Part shown: piece by piece, positions 49,228 through 59,649 of the stretch
Layout of the letters: the number at the start of each line of letters is the position of its first letter
How positions within the stretch are numbered: the first letter of the stretch is position 1
DNA from: a virus
Strand: one strand, 5' to 3'
DNA length: 64,000 nucleotides
IMG/VR virus record: IMGVR_UViG_3300005911_000002
Span: 1-64,000 of that record
The notes under the pieces: generated by a model
The model's database searches: none
Told to the model about the DNA's origin: nothing
What the model saw: only the letters and a program-made list of their open reading frames with translations
Translations under genes and position numbers: made by a program

Positions 49228-49617
49228 ATGAGTGATTTTCTTAAGAATCTTTTTGACAACAGTGTGAGTGATGACTCAATAGGCAACCCCGGAGAAGCTT
49301 CCGGAATACAGGAGGACGCGGATAATACTTTTATTGGGAAGCATTTTGTAGGCTCTTTGGTAGGACACTCTGATGGGACCACGGTGCTATATTTTTATAG
49401 AATATACAAAGGGAAGTATATTAATCTAGATAGGAACGCGGCTTCGTACCTGTTGGACAAAGCAACTGAGTACTTTCAACAGTTCCCAGCATCTATGGAT
49501 AATGCATATATTAAAAGGACAGAAACAGGTTGTGGGGCATACGTTCTGTTCAAGAGTGCCAAAGAGTACGGCTATGTGTTTAAGCAGATAGTAAAAGATT
49601 TCTTCAAAACAGTATGA
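49228..49617 (+). CDS. hypothetical protein
   Basis: GGAGG RBS; promoter at 49133-49161. Confidence 0.6.
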   Translation: MSDFLKNLFDNSVSDDSIGNPGEASGIQEDADNTFIGKHFVGSLVGHSDGTTVLYFYRIYKGKYINLDRNAASYLLDKATEYFQQFPASMDNAYIKRTETGCGAYVLFKSAKEYGYVFKQIVKDFFKTV

Positions 49618-49988
49618 CCGAATCTAAAGTAAAGAGAATGCTGGATGCCAGGATATACAGGATAGCAATGTTATTAGGTGTCCCGGTCCATATTCTTCCG
49701 ATATCCGATAAGTTTAATACAGGGCTTCCTGATAGATTAATACTAACGTCAGGGGCCCCGTTTATGTATGAGGCTAAACTTGATGGTAAAAAATACGGGT
49801 TCACTAAAGTTCAGAAAGGGAAAGCTAGGCTGTTATACAGCGATTTGGGTATAAAAACATACGGCATTGAATCCAAGGATATGAAAACAATAAAAATATA
49901 TGATAGTCTTGATTCGGAAGCCATGGTGGTGCACGTAGACCATCTGGATATGATGCTAGAGCACATGCTAACGGAGGCAATAGGATGA
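49614..49988 (+). CDS. VRR-NUC / Holliday-junction-resolvase-like nuclease
   Basis: M.ES; GLPDRL; YEAK; T..Q (PD-(D/E)XK pattern). Confidence 0.7.
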   Translation: MTESKVKRMLDARIYRIAMLLGVPVHILPISDKFNTGLPDRLILTSGAPFMYEAKLDGKKYGFTKVQKGKARLLYSDLGIKTYGIESKDMKTIKIYDSLDSEAMVVHVDHLDMMLEHMLTEAIG

Positions 49989-52393
49989 TAAAATTTATTA
50001 AAGATTCAAGTGGGAATAGGAGGAAGTTTGACCCGGAGATGATAGTAAAAGCTATTAAGCGGGCATCCGACTCCCCTATTAACTATGAGGCAGTAGTTTC
50101 TAAGGTGATTGACTTTATAATGATTTCGTATAAAGCATACTCACGATACCCTACAACAGGAATGGTCGATGACCTTGTAGAAAAAGTCCTGATTGAGATG
50201 GACTACTCGAATGTGGCAAAGGCGTATATCCTGCAGAGGGAAAATGAGGATAGGGCTAAGGACGCTAAGAAGATGTTCAAGGACTCTATCACGATGATAA
50301 ACGAGTACATTGGGGAGGATATTTGGGAAGTAAATGAGAACTCCAACATGGCGTATTCTGTACAAGGACTTAACCACCACGTTGTGGGAAAGGTGGTATC
50401 AAACTACTGGTTAAACACTGTCTATTCGAGAGAAATTAGACAAGCGCACCTGTCGGGAGACCTGCATATCCATGATTTATCAGAACTTTGTGGATATTGT
50501 AATGGGTGGGATTTGGCGGATCTGCTTGCAACAGGGTTTAGAGGGGCGCCCGGTAAGGTAGAGAGCGGTCCTGCTAAGCATTTCAACACTGCCGTTCTGC
50601 AGATGGCAAACTTTATTTTCGTTTTGGCTGGCGAGGGGGCGGGAGCACAAGCTTTTAGTAACTTTGATACGCTTCTCGCCCCGTATGTGCGCAACGATAG
50701 CTTAACTCAAAAAGAAGTTGACCAGATAATACAAGAGCTGCTATTTCACCTAAACACCAGTACTAGAACGGGATTTCAAAGTCCATTTTCTAACATTACG
50801 GTAGATATCCACCCGTCTCAAAATTACAGAGACCAGGAAGTGTATATAGCCGGAGAAAGTACGGGGACTACTTACGGCGACTATCAAAAAGAAATGGATA
50901 TGATAAACAAAGCGCTCGTATCTAATATGCTCCACGGGGATGTTAATGGCGCGATATTTAGCTTTCCTATCATAACTGTAAACATCGGAAAAGACTTTGA
51001 GTGGGATAGACCTGGTATGGAAGACATGTGGGAACTTACAGCTAAGTACGGGCCGTTCTATTTCGCAAATTACGTTAACTCCGATCTTAAACCGGAGGAC
51101 GCTGTTAGTATGTGTTGCTTACGCGGAGACACGGCGGTATCCTTTGGTATGCCAAGTATCGATGACGGGACGTACACTGGTAGGTTAAGCTACTCTTTGG
51201 CAGAGGCCTTCAAAGTGTGCGGTGGGGATATCGTGGATGTGTCACGCGGTGGCGAGTCCGTCAAGGCTAGATTTGTGAAAGTTCCTTATGGGAGACAGAT
51301 GTATCGGTTGGATGTGCTTGTGGATGGAGAAAAAGACGCCCTCGTTACCACCGACGATCATCTAAACCCTACATTACATCATGGGGATGTTAGATCAGAC
51401 GAAGTTACTACATCGCATACACTAATAGGATCTTCGAATCGCACCCCCGTAAAGATTTTAAAGATTACCAAACTTGAAGAAGTAGAGGATTTCGCATACT
51501 GCGCGGAAGTTCTAGAAGGTGAGCCATACTTCGATGTAGGGGCTTCCGGAATACTAACGCACAATTGCAGATTACGCTTAGACACCAAGGAGATAAACAA
51601 GCGCGGCGGGGGTCTGTTCGGATCTAACCCGCTAACGGGATCCGTTGGTGTAGTAACTTTGAATTTACCTCGCCTGGGGTTCCTATCGAGCACAGACGAC
51701 GACTTCTTTGAAAGGTTGGATATCTTAATCGATAACGCGAAGAAGTCTCTTGTAATAAAGAGAAAGTTTATCGAGAAGTTCACCGAGCAGGGGTTATATC
51801 CATATAGTAAGTTCTATCTACGTGCGATCAAAAAACGAACCGGCAGTTACTGGACTAACCACTACAACACGATAGGTATAGTAGGGATGCACGAATGTTG
51901 CCTGAACTACTTAGGAGTTGGGATAGAAACAGACCCAGGGTTGGAATTTGCAGTGAAGGTTATGAACTACATGAGAAAACGTATCCTTGAATTACAAGAG
52001 AGCACAGGACTACTATTCAACCTTGAGGCTACTCCAGCAGAATCTACCGCGTATAGGTTGGCATTAAAAGATAGAGAGCTGTATCCTAAAATAATAAGTT
52101 CGGGTGAGGACGAACCCTACTACACAAATTCAACAAACCTACCGGTGGATTTCACCGACGACTTGTTCATGGCAATGAGACATCAAGAGCAACTACAACC
52201 CCTGTATACGGGTGGGTGCGTTTTTCACGCATTCCTAGGAGAGAGATTGGAGGACGGTGACATAACTAAAACTCTGGTTAGGAAGATGTGCGAGCAATCA
52301 GAGATACCATACATATCGATCACACCTACATTTTCAATATGCCCCGACCACGGGTATATTGCTGGGGCCCATCCGGTATGTCCTAAATGCTAG
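49985..52393 (+). CDS. nrdD: class III (anaerobic) ribonucleotide reductase with ATP cone and intein; lacks the glycyl-radical C-terminus
   Basis: ATP cone; HIHDL; YCNGW; SMC[intein]CRL; GSVGVVTLNLPR; EATPAES; YTGG; ends at CPDHG...CPKC. Confidence 0.92.
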   Translation: MIKFIKDSSGNRRKFDPEMIVKAIKRASDSPINYEAVVSKVIDFIMISYKAYSRYPTTGMVDDLVEKVLIEMDYSNVAKAYILQRENEDRAKDAKKMFKDSITMINEYIGEDIWEVNENSNMAYSVQGLNHHVVGKVVSNYWLNTVYSREIRQAHLSGDLHIHDLSELCGYCNGWDLADLLATGFRGAPGKVESGPAKHFNTAVLQMANFIFVLAGEGAGAQAFSNFDTLLAPYVRNDSLTQKEVDQIIQELLFHLNTSTRTGFQSPFSNITVDIHPSQNYRDQEVYIAGESTGTTYGDYQKEMDMINKALVSNMLHGDVNGAIFSFPIITVNIGKDFEWDRPGMEDMWELTAKYGPFYFANYVNSDLKPEDAVSMCCLRGDTAVSFGMPSIDDGTYTGRLSYSLAEAFKVCGGDIVDVSRGGESVKARFVKVPYGRQMYRLDVLVDGEKDALVTTDDHLNPTLHHGDVRSDEVTTSHTLIGSSNRTPVKILKITKLEEVEDFAYCAEVLEGEPYFDVGASGILTHNCRLRLDTKEINKRGGGLFGSNPLTGSVGVVTLNLPRLGFLSSTDDDFFERLDILIDNAKKSLVIKRKFIEKFTEQGLYPYSKFYLRAIKKRTGSYWTNHYNTIGIVGMHECCLNYLGVGIETDPGLEFAVKVMNYMRKRILELQESTGLLFNLEATPAESTAYRLALKDRELYPKIISSGEDEPYYTNSTNLPVDFTDDLFMAMRHQEQLQPLYTGGCVFHAFLGERLEDGDITKTLVRKMCEQSEIPYISITPTFSICPDHGYIAGAHPVCPKC
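51116..51565 (+). mobile_element. mini-intein (150 aa) in NrdD
   Basis: Starts CLRGDT; block B TDDH; ends ILTHN followed by Cys+1; no LAGLIDADG. Confidence 0.92.
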
Positions 52394-52409
52394 AATACAA
52401 GGAGAGTAA

Positions 52410-52691
52410 ATGTTACAAAGATTACTAACTAAGGAATATGAGCTCGGGGTTGAAATAAGAGAAAACTTCGGGATATGTAGAACTGACCTGCAGTTCAGGT
52501 CGTATGGTATAACAATGCCAGAAGAATTTATTATAATGGTACTGCCCGGGAATAACAGAACTAAATTGATTCTTGAGTTGTTCTATAATAAGGAAGTTAC
52601 CTTTGAGACACATGCAGAGGTTATCAAAGATATACTGATTTCAAATGAAAATAATGCGGGAGTTTACAGACCCGCAGATAACATGATGTAA
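52410..52691 (+). CDS. hypothetical protein
   Basis: AAGGAG RBS; terminator at about 52690-52718. Confidence 0.55.
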   Translation: MLQRLLTKEYELGVEIRENFGICRTDLQFRSYGITMPEEFIIMVLPGNNRTKLILELFYNKEVTFETHAEVIKDILISNENNAGVYRPADNMM

Positions 52692-52716
52692 AATAGGGGG
52701 CACCAGCCCCTTATTT

Positions 52717-53136
52717 TTAAATAAAAGGGCTCGGTGTAATTTTGCCCAGTGCTTTACCAGATAAGTACTCTGCACCACCTTTTGCAGCGTATATCCCACC
52801 AACTATACCAGAACCCAAAGCAAAATTCTTTAGGGCTCTTCTTAGATGTGTTGATCCATTTTTACGTTTAACCATGGCTACAAGGCCTGATATAGCGGAT
52901 ATGAGAATAGCATTTGCATAAATCCCATCCTCCGCCTCACCAAACATTATCCCACCAACTCCTCCTGGTTCCCCTGTATGCTTTGCCCGCATACCTGCAG
53001 AAAATGGTCTACCCAGGTAATGGTCGACTATTGGATACGCATCTCTGAGCTCAGCCTCAGATCCTATATTCATAACCTTTCTTGTTACATGGTATGCTGG
53101 ACTACTGTAATCTATCTCACGTGCTTTTTTAATCAT
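52717..53136 (-). CDS. small membrane protein (Gly-rich TM helices)
   Basis: Coupled to the upstream stop; IKKAR N-terminus; two hydrophobic helices. Confidence 0.55.
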   Translation of the reverse strand: MIKKAREIDYSSPAYHVTRKVMNIGSEAELRDAYPIVDHYLGRPFSAGMRAKHTGEPGGVGGIMFGEAEDGIYANAILISAISGLVAMVKRKNGSTHLRRALKNFALGSGIVGGIYAAKGGAEYLSGKALGKITPSPFI

Positions 53137-53777
53137 TATAAACCTCCTTGAGTAAGGCTAAGAACTGCTACAGCCCCTGACTCTGCTGTTATACCGTATG
53201 CAATAACTGCCACGTTGTTATCATAGTCTAGATATGCGTCTCTTACCGTAAGCAGTGCCAACCGCTCGTCGGAATTAACAATATCTTCCTGGTAATATTT
53301 TATTATTCCGGAAACCCTGTTCCCCGCTTCCGTAGCTAACGCAACAATACCTGTTTCGGACTGCAGGTACTCTGGATTCTCTGCGGCCATCCGTCTAAGG
53401 TTGCCGCCGATAGCAGGATCCACAATGTCCTCGCCTGTATTTGTTAATAGAAGCTTTATGACCATCTGCTCTAGTTTTTTTATTCCTGAAACTCCCAGAG
53501 GACTTTTACCGGATGTGAAACTAATCTGACTAGCCTGGTTTATCCCAATACCCGACGGTAGAAACTCGGTTATCTCGGTATAAGTTACGGGGGCTGTATT
53601 GAATTGTATTTTGTTACTATCAACACTAAAGTCATCTGTAGGACTACCATCTGAAGTTATTACGACTTCATTAGCACTAAAATCCGGAACAAAACCTAAT
53701 TCCCATAGAGTACAAGTACCGTCCCAATTGGACTTCGCCTCGGTAATTACCCCAACCATGTTTATTGCATAATCCAT
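53136..53777 (-). CDS. baseplate wedge / gp25-like sheath initiator
   Basis: GI.KL.Q.VIK.LLT..G.D...P..GG and ERL..L.V patterns. Confidence 0.65.
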   Translation of the reverse strand: MDYAINMVGVITEAKSNWDGTCTLWELGFVPDFSANEVVITSDGSPTDDFSVDSNKIQFNTAPVTYTEITEFLPSGIGINQASQISFTSGKSPLGVSGIKKLEQMVIKLLLTNTGEDIVDPAIGGNLRRMAAENPEYLQSETGIVALATEAGNRVSGIIKYYQEDIVNSDERLALLTVRDAYLDYDNNVAVIAYGITAESGAVAVLSLTQGGL

Positions 53778-55705
53778 TATGCCCTCCCCGTAGCAGTTAG
53801 TACTTGTTGCATCAGCCCTTCAATTTTAGACATATATTCCCTGGATTCATCTATATTTACTTTTGATAATTCAGCATAGGATGCCATTATATTACCCGAC
53901 AGCCTATTAGCATAATCGACTGAAGTAAACTCAGTTATAAGTATATCTAATACCGCAAGCATATCTACACTAGTGGTTTCGAGCTTTAGTTTCCTCAGCT
54001 CCTGACACAAGCTACCTTCGTATGTAGATGTTGTAGGCGTTGCCTTAAATACATCTTTAGTTGCACCCTTGCCAATGTCATCCCCGAGTTTTTTAAGACC
54101 CGCGGTATCGGCTGTGCTCTTTATATCCTCTAAAAAATTATCTTTAAAATCTTTAACGGGGGTAGAGTCTAACTTGTTATACGCAGATATTACACTGACT
54201 ACTTCAGTATTAAACGAAGTTAGCATGGTCTCGGTAGTTGACCGTAGTTCCGGTGTCATGACTTGCGCTCCAGTTATAAGGTCCTCTACAATCCTAAGGG
54301 CAGCACTAGCTTTATATACAACCTCGGTAGTATCCGGCTCCTCCCACGCAGACACTGCAGTTGCTGCCGATGTATACGCTGACTTTGCCACGAGAGGCAT
54401 ACTGGCTACAGCTGCACGCCCAACACTTGACGTTGCAATAGAGTCCAGATATGAAAGCATATCAGTAAACGAATCGTAAACGTCACGATAATACGGTAAC
54501 CCCTTCGACCTAGATGTCGATTGCGTATACGCCGCGGTCTTCTGCTCCAGGTCTTCGATTTTACCTTTTATAGCTCCCGGCATTACTTTTTGTAAAAAAT
54601 TAGATCGAGCATATTTCTCGGTATCGCTGAACAACGACATAGCCATATTAAGTTGATATCGTATGCCACTGGTATTCTCCGAGTTATATAGCGTGTAAGA
54701 TACTATATTTGAGAGAATATCACTGAACGATACCCCATATAAAATACCCTGCACTAAAATCCCTTCCAAGGTTGTTGTATCGTACTGACGACTAAAGCTT
54801 ATAAGATTTGCCGATGGCATGCTTCTCCCCATTAGTTGGGCAACTTGCTCTGGTGTGAATGACCCGGACATCTCTTGTAGTGCTATGGATGTAATAATAC
54901 TTTCTGGAGTAGCTCCCGACGTCATACCTACTATAACCTGCGTGGCAACCCCGTTAGGAAAGTATTTTCCGAATATACTCGATATCATAGTGTTCTGGGC
55001 TGTACCTTGCATAACTGCGGAGAGTATTTCTGGAGGAAGTAGTGCCCTAAGCTCATTATAGGCAGCGTCTTTTACAATATCACTCGTAAGGTTACGTCCC
55101 ACAAGACCATTTAGCAGGGCCGCGGATATCTTAGAGTCTATTGTTGTAGGGAGTATTTCCTGTGGGAGTGTTTTATTAGATACCATTTGTATCAGACCCC
55201 AAGCATCACTTATGGTACTTGACATCCCAGATAGTACAGTTCTTAATACCTGGGCCCCAAGGTCATATCTGTACGGCTCAGTGCTAACTATATTCTTTAC
55301 AGTTGAGATTGTGCCAGATACGTCCGGTATGTCGTAGTTACCGCTCAATGCCTCACCCAGAAGAGAGCTTATTGGGCTAGCCATATTCTCCAGGGCGCTA
55401 ACAGCCTCGTCTCTAAGGGTAGTGGCATGGGATATCGCATTAAAACCCATCCCTAGTATAGTTGTTGGAGAAGTTGTCATCCTTTGCAGCATAGACGCTT
55501 GTATTCGGTCCGTAGTACTCGTGTCTTTTAGATTATCAATGGGTGTCATATTATACTGGTCCATTGTTTTTTTCATCTGACCTGCCAATGCTAGTGCAGT
55601 TCCTTCTTCTTTATCAAGGGTCTGGTTCTTCTGCTTTTTCCACTCCTTGTACTCTTTCAGAGAATTACGCACCTCACTGTCAGTATACCATGTGTATGTA
55701 GTCAT
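53777..55705 (-). CDS. hypothetical tail/baseplate protein
   Basis: 642-aa helical ORF, coupled within the baseplate operon. Confidence 0.55.
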   Translation of the reverse strand: MTTYTWYTDSEVRNSLKEYKEWKKQKNQTLDKEEGTALALAGQMKKTMDQYNMTPIDNLKDTSTTDRIQASMLQRMTTSPTTILGMGFNAISHATTLRDEAVSALENMASPISSLLGEALSGNYDIPDVSGTISTVKNIVSTEPYRYDLGAQVLRTVLSGMSSTISDAWGLIQMVSNKTLPQEILPTTIDSKISAALLNGLVGRNLTSDIVKDAAYNELRALLPPEILSAVMQGTAQNTMISSIFGKYFPNGVATQVIVGMTSGATPESIITSIALQEMSGSFTPEQVAQLMGRSMPSANLISFSRQYDTTTLEGILVQGILYGVSFSDILSNIVSYTLYNSENTSGIRYQLNMAMSLFSDTEKYARSNFLQKVMPGAIKGKIEDLEQKTAAYTQSTSRSKGLPYYRDVYDSFTDMLSYLDSIATSSVGRAAVASMPLVAKSAYTSAATAVSAWEEPDTTEVVYKASAALRIVEDLITGAQVMTPELRSTTETMLTSFNTEVVSVISAYNKLDSTPVKDFKDNFLEDIKSTADTAGLKKLGDDIGKGATKDVFKATPTTSTYEGSLCQELRKLKLETTSVDMLAVLDILITEFTSVDYANRLSGNIMASYAELSKVNIDESREYMSKIEGLMQQVLTATGRA

Positions 55706-56418
55706 AATTTGCTTACTTTCTCTTTTAGTATATTTGAAATTCGCAGTCTAACTGAGCTAACCCACCTGGGTGACTTATTTTCCTGTATTGCAATATCTTG
55801 TGTAGATTTTCCGCTAAGTAGACTATCCATTATGCGATTTTCGGTCTCATCAAGTTCATACCTAGTCATCTCAAGTAAATCTTTTGGTGTGTAGTTCCGC
55901 ACAACGGAATCATCTCCACGTCCAACGTCAGCTTCTGGTTCGAGAGTATAATCTTTCCGAACCATTCTTCGTAGATCCCTTACTTGAGTTTGTGGTATAT
56001 TCATGTGGGTAGCTATCTCAAGCTCGTCAGGATCTCTCCCAAGGGATTCAGTGAGCTCCGTTACAGCCGTGTTATATGGTGAGATAAGTTGTATTTTACT
56101 TTCCGGGATTCTCCCCGTGTTTTGATGATTTCCAACATACCTATATAATTTTCTCAGATAGTAATCAACATGAGTTCCTATGGCAGCTTTCCCAGGTTTG
56201 TACGTTTCCAGAGCTTTGCCGGCTAGCCTATACCCCTCAGCCTTTATAGCTTGGAACGGTATCGGGGCGTTTCTATACTTACTTGCATGGTGAACTATAG
56301 CAGGTGTGAGGGACTCCATTAAATCATCAAGGGACTCTGTACTCCCCGTATCTTTCCAATCAGTCCATAACGCAAGCTGCCTATCAAATCTTGTTGTGGT
56401 ATTCGGCTGAGATTCCAT
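55702..56418 (-). CDS. sigma70-family RNA polymerase sigma factor
   Basis: Region 2 (EG...A.KALETY.P.K....T...Y), region 3 (LGRDP...EIA..M.I....V), region 4 HTH (L...E..I.......S..DIA). Confidence 0.85.
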   Translation of the reverse strand: MESQPNTTTRFDRQLALWTDWKDTGSTESLDDLMESLTPAIVHHASKYRNAPIPFQAIKAEGYRLAGKALETYKPGKAAIGTHVDYYLRKLYRYVGNHQNTGRIPESKIQLISPYNTAVTELTESLGRDPDELEIATHMNIPQTQVRDLRRMVRKDYTLEPEADVGRGDDSVVRNYTPKDLLEMTRYELDETENRIMDSLLSGKSTQDIAIQENKSPRWVSSVRLRISNILKEKVSKL

Positions 56419-58069
56419 AATATTTACTCCCCCTAATGGCTATTTCGTCAAACTCTTTCTTGAATAAAGTTACAAATTCTTTCCGGGCGGTTTGATTGAA
56501 AGTTACTTCAGACCGGTATTTATCTCCGGTAATGACACCTTTCTTTCTTTTACTCTTATACAAATCCAGGTCTGTATGCCCTTTCTTTACCATTTCTAGA
56601 ATGGTGTGGCTAAGCTGATCTCTAACACTATCAAAACTTGATGTGTTAACTAGTATCTCCGAGCCCAGTTTTGCGTACTCTTCTCCCAGAGTTGCAGGAT
56701 TTGCTATATCTGCCTTGATCCACGGATGATTAACTGTATTCACTTGTGATTCTACCATAAAACAGTATTCAAGTCCAACAGAAGTTGTAGCTACTCCTCC
56801 TACGGAGTACGAATGTGTTATTGATTGCACAGTTCCTACAATGTGGTCCTTGTCCACCGGGTCAAATATTATAGCAGGAACGCCTGCTAATATCATGGGA
56901 TCGAACATCGGAAGATTTACACTTGGGACTGCGTTGGCCCCTATACCACTGAGCTCGTGGAAATATTCCGTAGTCAACTGGTATACGTCCTTTTCCGGAT
57001 CCTGGGATTTAAGTATACCTGATACTGGTACCATCATCTCTATTCTAGGATTAGCTACGGCGCCTTTGTATATTTCATCTGACTCCAGCAATACCTTTCC
57101 CTCAAGTGTATACTGGTCGGTAAGGATGTCCTTGGGGTACCCTCGGTACTCCCACGAAATACCCGGCTTGCTAGGGATACCCTTGGTTTTTTGCATGTTA
57201 CCGAGCGACATTATTGTCCTTGTGGGAGCTGCCATAATATTCTCCACCATAGTAAATGATGTAGGTGTTAATATGTTGCACTTGGGTGGAATCGCTGTAA
57301 TAAGTTGGGGTAAAATATCAATGTTACCAAGTAGCCCACCGGTTGGGGAGAACTGCTCATACTGGTTATAACTTATAAGGCGCATAAAGGAGCGAATAGT
57401 ATAGTTTATTGAGTTGTTAGATGACTGCTGCCCCTGGTTTTTTGCGAGAATATTATCGTAAACTAACTTAGCGTTCCCTACGTCTGAGAGAAAACTATCA
57501 TCGAAAGAAACTCGGTATCTGCTTGCCAATTTGGTAGTTACCAGATAGTCTACCGTAACGCTGTCCAGCTTAGCAAGGTGTGATGTTCTTGTATCTGTTC
57601 CCCCTGAGGATACTATTGATTTTACAAATTCCCTAATTCCGTTAGTAACCGACGGGTCACCGCCAGCAGCAGTTCTCTCCGTCATCCTTGTCACTAGTTC
57701 AGAAAAAGTAGATCGTGGCAGTTTGGCTGACATCTGGTGTAGTGCTGCATACCGCACGTCTACCTGGTCATATGGTATATACTTTGTCCGACTACCGACG
57801 CCCTCAAAGGAGTATGCTACTGATTGATTTGGTCGCACACCTTGTCTAGTTGTCAGATACCCGTCACAAAGAAGAAGGTACTCTGCATCAAAACTAAACT
57901 TGTAAAAGATAGCTACGTGAGTATTGGCTTTGAGATTATATGCTGATGTTATCGGTGGTAATGATATCACCCCACTCATACCTCCCCCAGCAGAGGTTGT
58001 ATGAAAACTTAGAAATGGTACTTCGACACCTTCCATGAACACTTGGAACTTTGCACCTGCGGTATCCAT
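56384..58069 (-). CDS. baseplate hub protein (gp27/gp44-like)
   Basis: VFMEGVEVP N-terminus; PPKCN; FDP.I.AG.P...G.V.SITHS motifs. Confidence 0.6.
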   Translation of the reverse strand: MDTAGAKFQVFMEGVEVPFLSFHTTSAGGGMSGVISLPPITSAYNLKANTHVAIFYKFSFDAEYLLLCDGYLTTRQGVRPNQSVAYSFEGVGSRTKYIPYDQVDVRYAALHQMSAKLPRSTFSELVTRMTERTAAGGDPSVTNGIREFVKSIVSSGGTDTRTSHLAKLDSVTVDYLVTTKLASRYRVSFDDSFLSDVGNAKLVYDNILAKNQGQQSSNNSINYTIRSFMRLISYNQYEQFSPTGGLLGNIDILPQLITAIPPKCNILTPTSFTMVENIMAAPTRTIMSLGNMQKTKGIPSKPGISWEYRGYPKDILTDQYTLEGKVLLESDEIYKGAVANPRIEMMVPVSGILKSQDPEKDVYQLTTEYFHELSGIGANAVPSVNLPMFDPMILAGVPAIIFDPVDKDHIVGTVQSITHSYSVGGVATTSVGLEYCFMVESQVNTVNHPWIKADIANPATLGEEYAKLGSEILVNTSSFDSVRDQLSHTILEMVKKGHTDLDLYKSKRKKGVITGDKYRSEVTFNQTARKEFVTLFKKEFDEIAIRGSKYYGISAEYHNKI

Positions 58070-59649
58070 TAATTTCCCCTCGTTGCTTTATGAGAAGATT
58101 CTCCGAGTGAAACTGAGTTAGGTACTATCTTCAACGAACTTTTAGAAGGAGTCATTGGAATGCCGCCCGTGTATCCCATACTCCTGACAGCACTATATGC
58201 GGCGGATCCAACTCTACTTAAAGCATTATTTTTTGGGGTATCATAATTCCTCGTGGTAGAAAGCTGTTCAATATCTGTAGTATATACAGTGCCTGCCGAC
58301 GTGTATCCACCACCAGACACTTTTTTTAGCAAGGTGAATTTTTCTACACCAGGCAATGACTTTATAGATGATTGCCCGGCCAATAGCGTGTTATCGGCAA
58401 CCATGCTCTCTAAACTATCTAGTAGTGATATACGTATAGTTCGCTGTGTATTTGTTACAGAGTTTAACACGGGACTATGTGCTACACCAATATTCTCATT
58501 CGAATAAAGGGTTATAGCGTTAGTACTGTCAAGTGTTTCCCCCGATACTGCAGGAACTCCTGGGTAGAGTGGGCTAACCGGGGTCGTCACCCCTCCCACA
58601 ACAGCGCTCCCAGATACGGATGTTTCCCTTGCAGAAGGTGTGGTGGTAACCTTATCTTCGTGGGATATTTCAAAGAAAGATATGTTAAAAGGAACTCCCC
58701 GCGGCGTCTCCGAATTTCTGTTGAATGACGCGCTTAGTATAACCCCTTTTTTTATAACGGTTTCGTACTCTATGACTACAACTTCGTTCTTGCTCGCTAT
58801 CACAGATCCTCGTAATCTTGTTCGCATATAGTGTTCAATCTCTCGTGCCCATCGCGGACCGTTACCCACTCCGTTAGGTAATATAAACGACATATTAATT
58901 ACTGGCTTGTTAGTTCCGTAAAACAGTACAAAGTCCTTCAAGTTGGATCGCACTATTTGGTTACGCTCTGGTAAACTAACACTAACCGCCTGTAAAAAAA
59001 ACTTGTCTGTCTCGAATACTATTTTCGAAGACCCTGCGGTAGGACCATCTGAATCCCCAGTAGTCCGTTCGATCTTTATCATCGAAGGCACTCTTTCCTG
59101 ATAGTAGTTGCACCAGAATGAACCATCCTCCCTAAGGTCAGATTTTTCAGCGTAGTTATCTACATCCGTGACGTTAACACCTGCAGAAAGCGTGCTACCG
59201 AGTTCCGCGTTTCCGTTGGTTGGACGTTTCCCAGTGGTACTTTCCAGTATCATCTTCTGGCTACCGTTCATATATTTAACTAATCTATCAGCCTTGCCGA
59301 GTGGATTACCCGAGATACCGCTAGCAACGTCAATTATGTTCCCCATCACTGCGGCAATATCGTCTAGGGAGTACTCCGGGAGTACAGAGTTTACCGCCGG
59401 AGCATAGGAAGTAAGTGTGGCTGACCCGGATGACGGGATAGTTCGGGCGACCGGGAATGGCATAATTTTACTCCCTAAAGTACAGTCGAACCTGCGCGTG
59501 GCATTGTAGAGTGGTATCTTTTTTATTAATTCGGAAATCCTACCAGTGCTAATCAGGTTGCTGACTGATCTCTCTACTACGGAAGTCCCATCCAAAAATG
59601 GAGAGCCCGGTTGAAAGGAAATCTCGTTAAGTGTTACCGTATCTGACAT
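58069..59649 (-). CDS. baseplate / tail-tube initiator-like protein
   Basis: FFLQ.VS....ER.Q.......LFYG..P tube-like domain. Confidence 0.5.
   Translation of the reverse strand: MSDTVTLNEISFQPGSPFLDGTSVVERSVSNLISTGRISELIKKIPLYNATRRFDCTLGSKIMPFPVARTIPSSGSATLTSYAPAVNSVLPEYSLDDIAAVMGNIIDVASGISGNPLGKADRLVKYMNGSQKMILESTTGKRPTNGNAELGSTLSAGVNVTDVDNYAEKSDLREDGSFWCNYYQERVPSMIKIERTTGDSDGPTAGSSKIVFETDKFFLQAVSVSLPERNQIVRSNLKDFVLFYGTNKPVINMSFILPNGVGNGPRWAREIEHYMRTRLRGSVIASKNEVVVIEYETVIKKGVILSASFNRNSETPRGVPFNISFFEISHEDKVTTTPSARETSVSGSAVVGGVTTPVSPLYPGVPAVSGETLDSTNAITLYSNENIGVAHSPVLNSVTNTQRTIRISLLDSLESMVADNTLLAGQSSIKSLPGVEKFTLLKKVSGGGYTSAGTVYTTDIEQLSTTRNYDTPKNNALSRVGSAAYSAVRSMGYTGGIPMTPSKSSLKIVPNSVSLGESSHKATRGN

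Noticed and set aside
52391-52432. Stop readthrough restoring the NrdD glycyl-radical motif
   Set aside because: Readthrough gives NTRRVNVTKITN*, which has no RxxGY.
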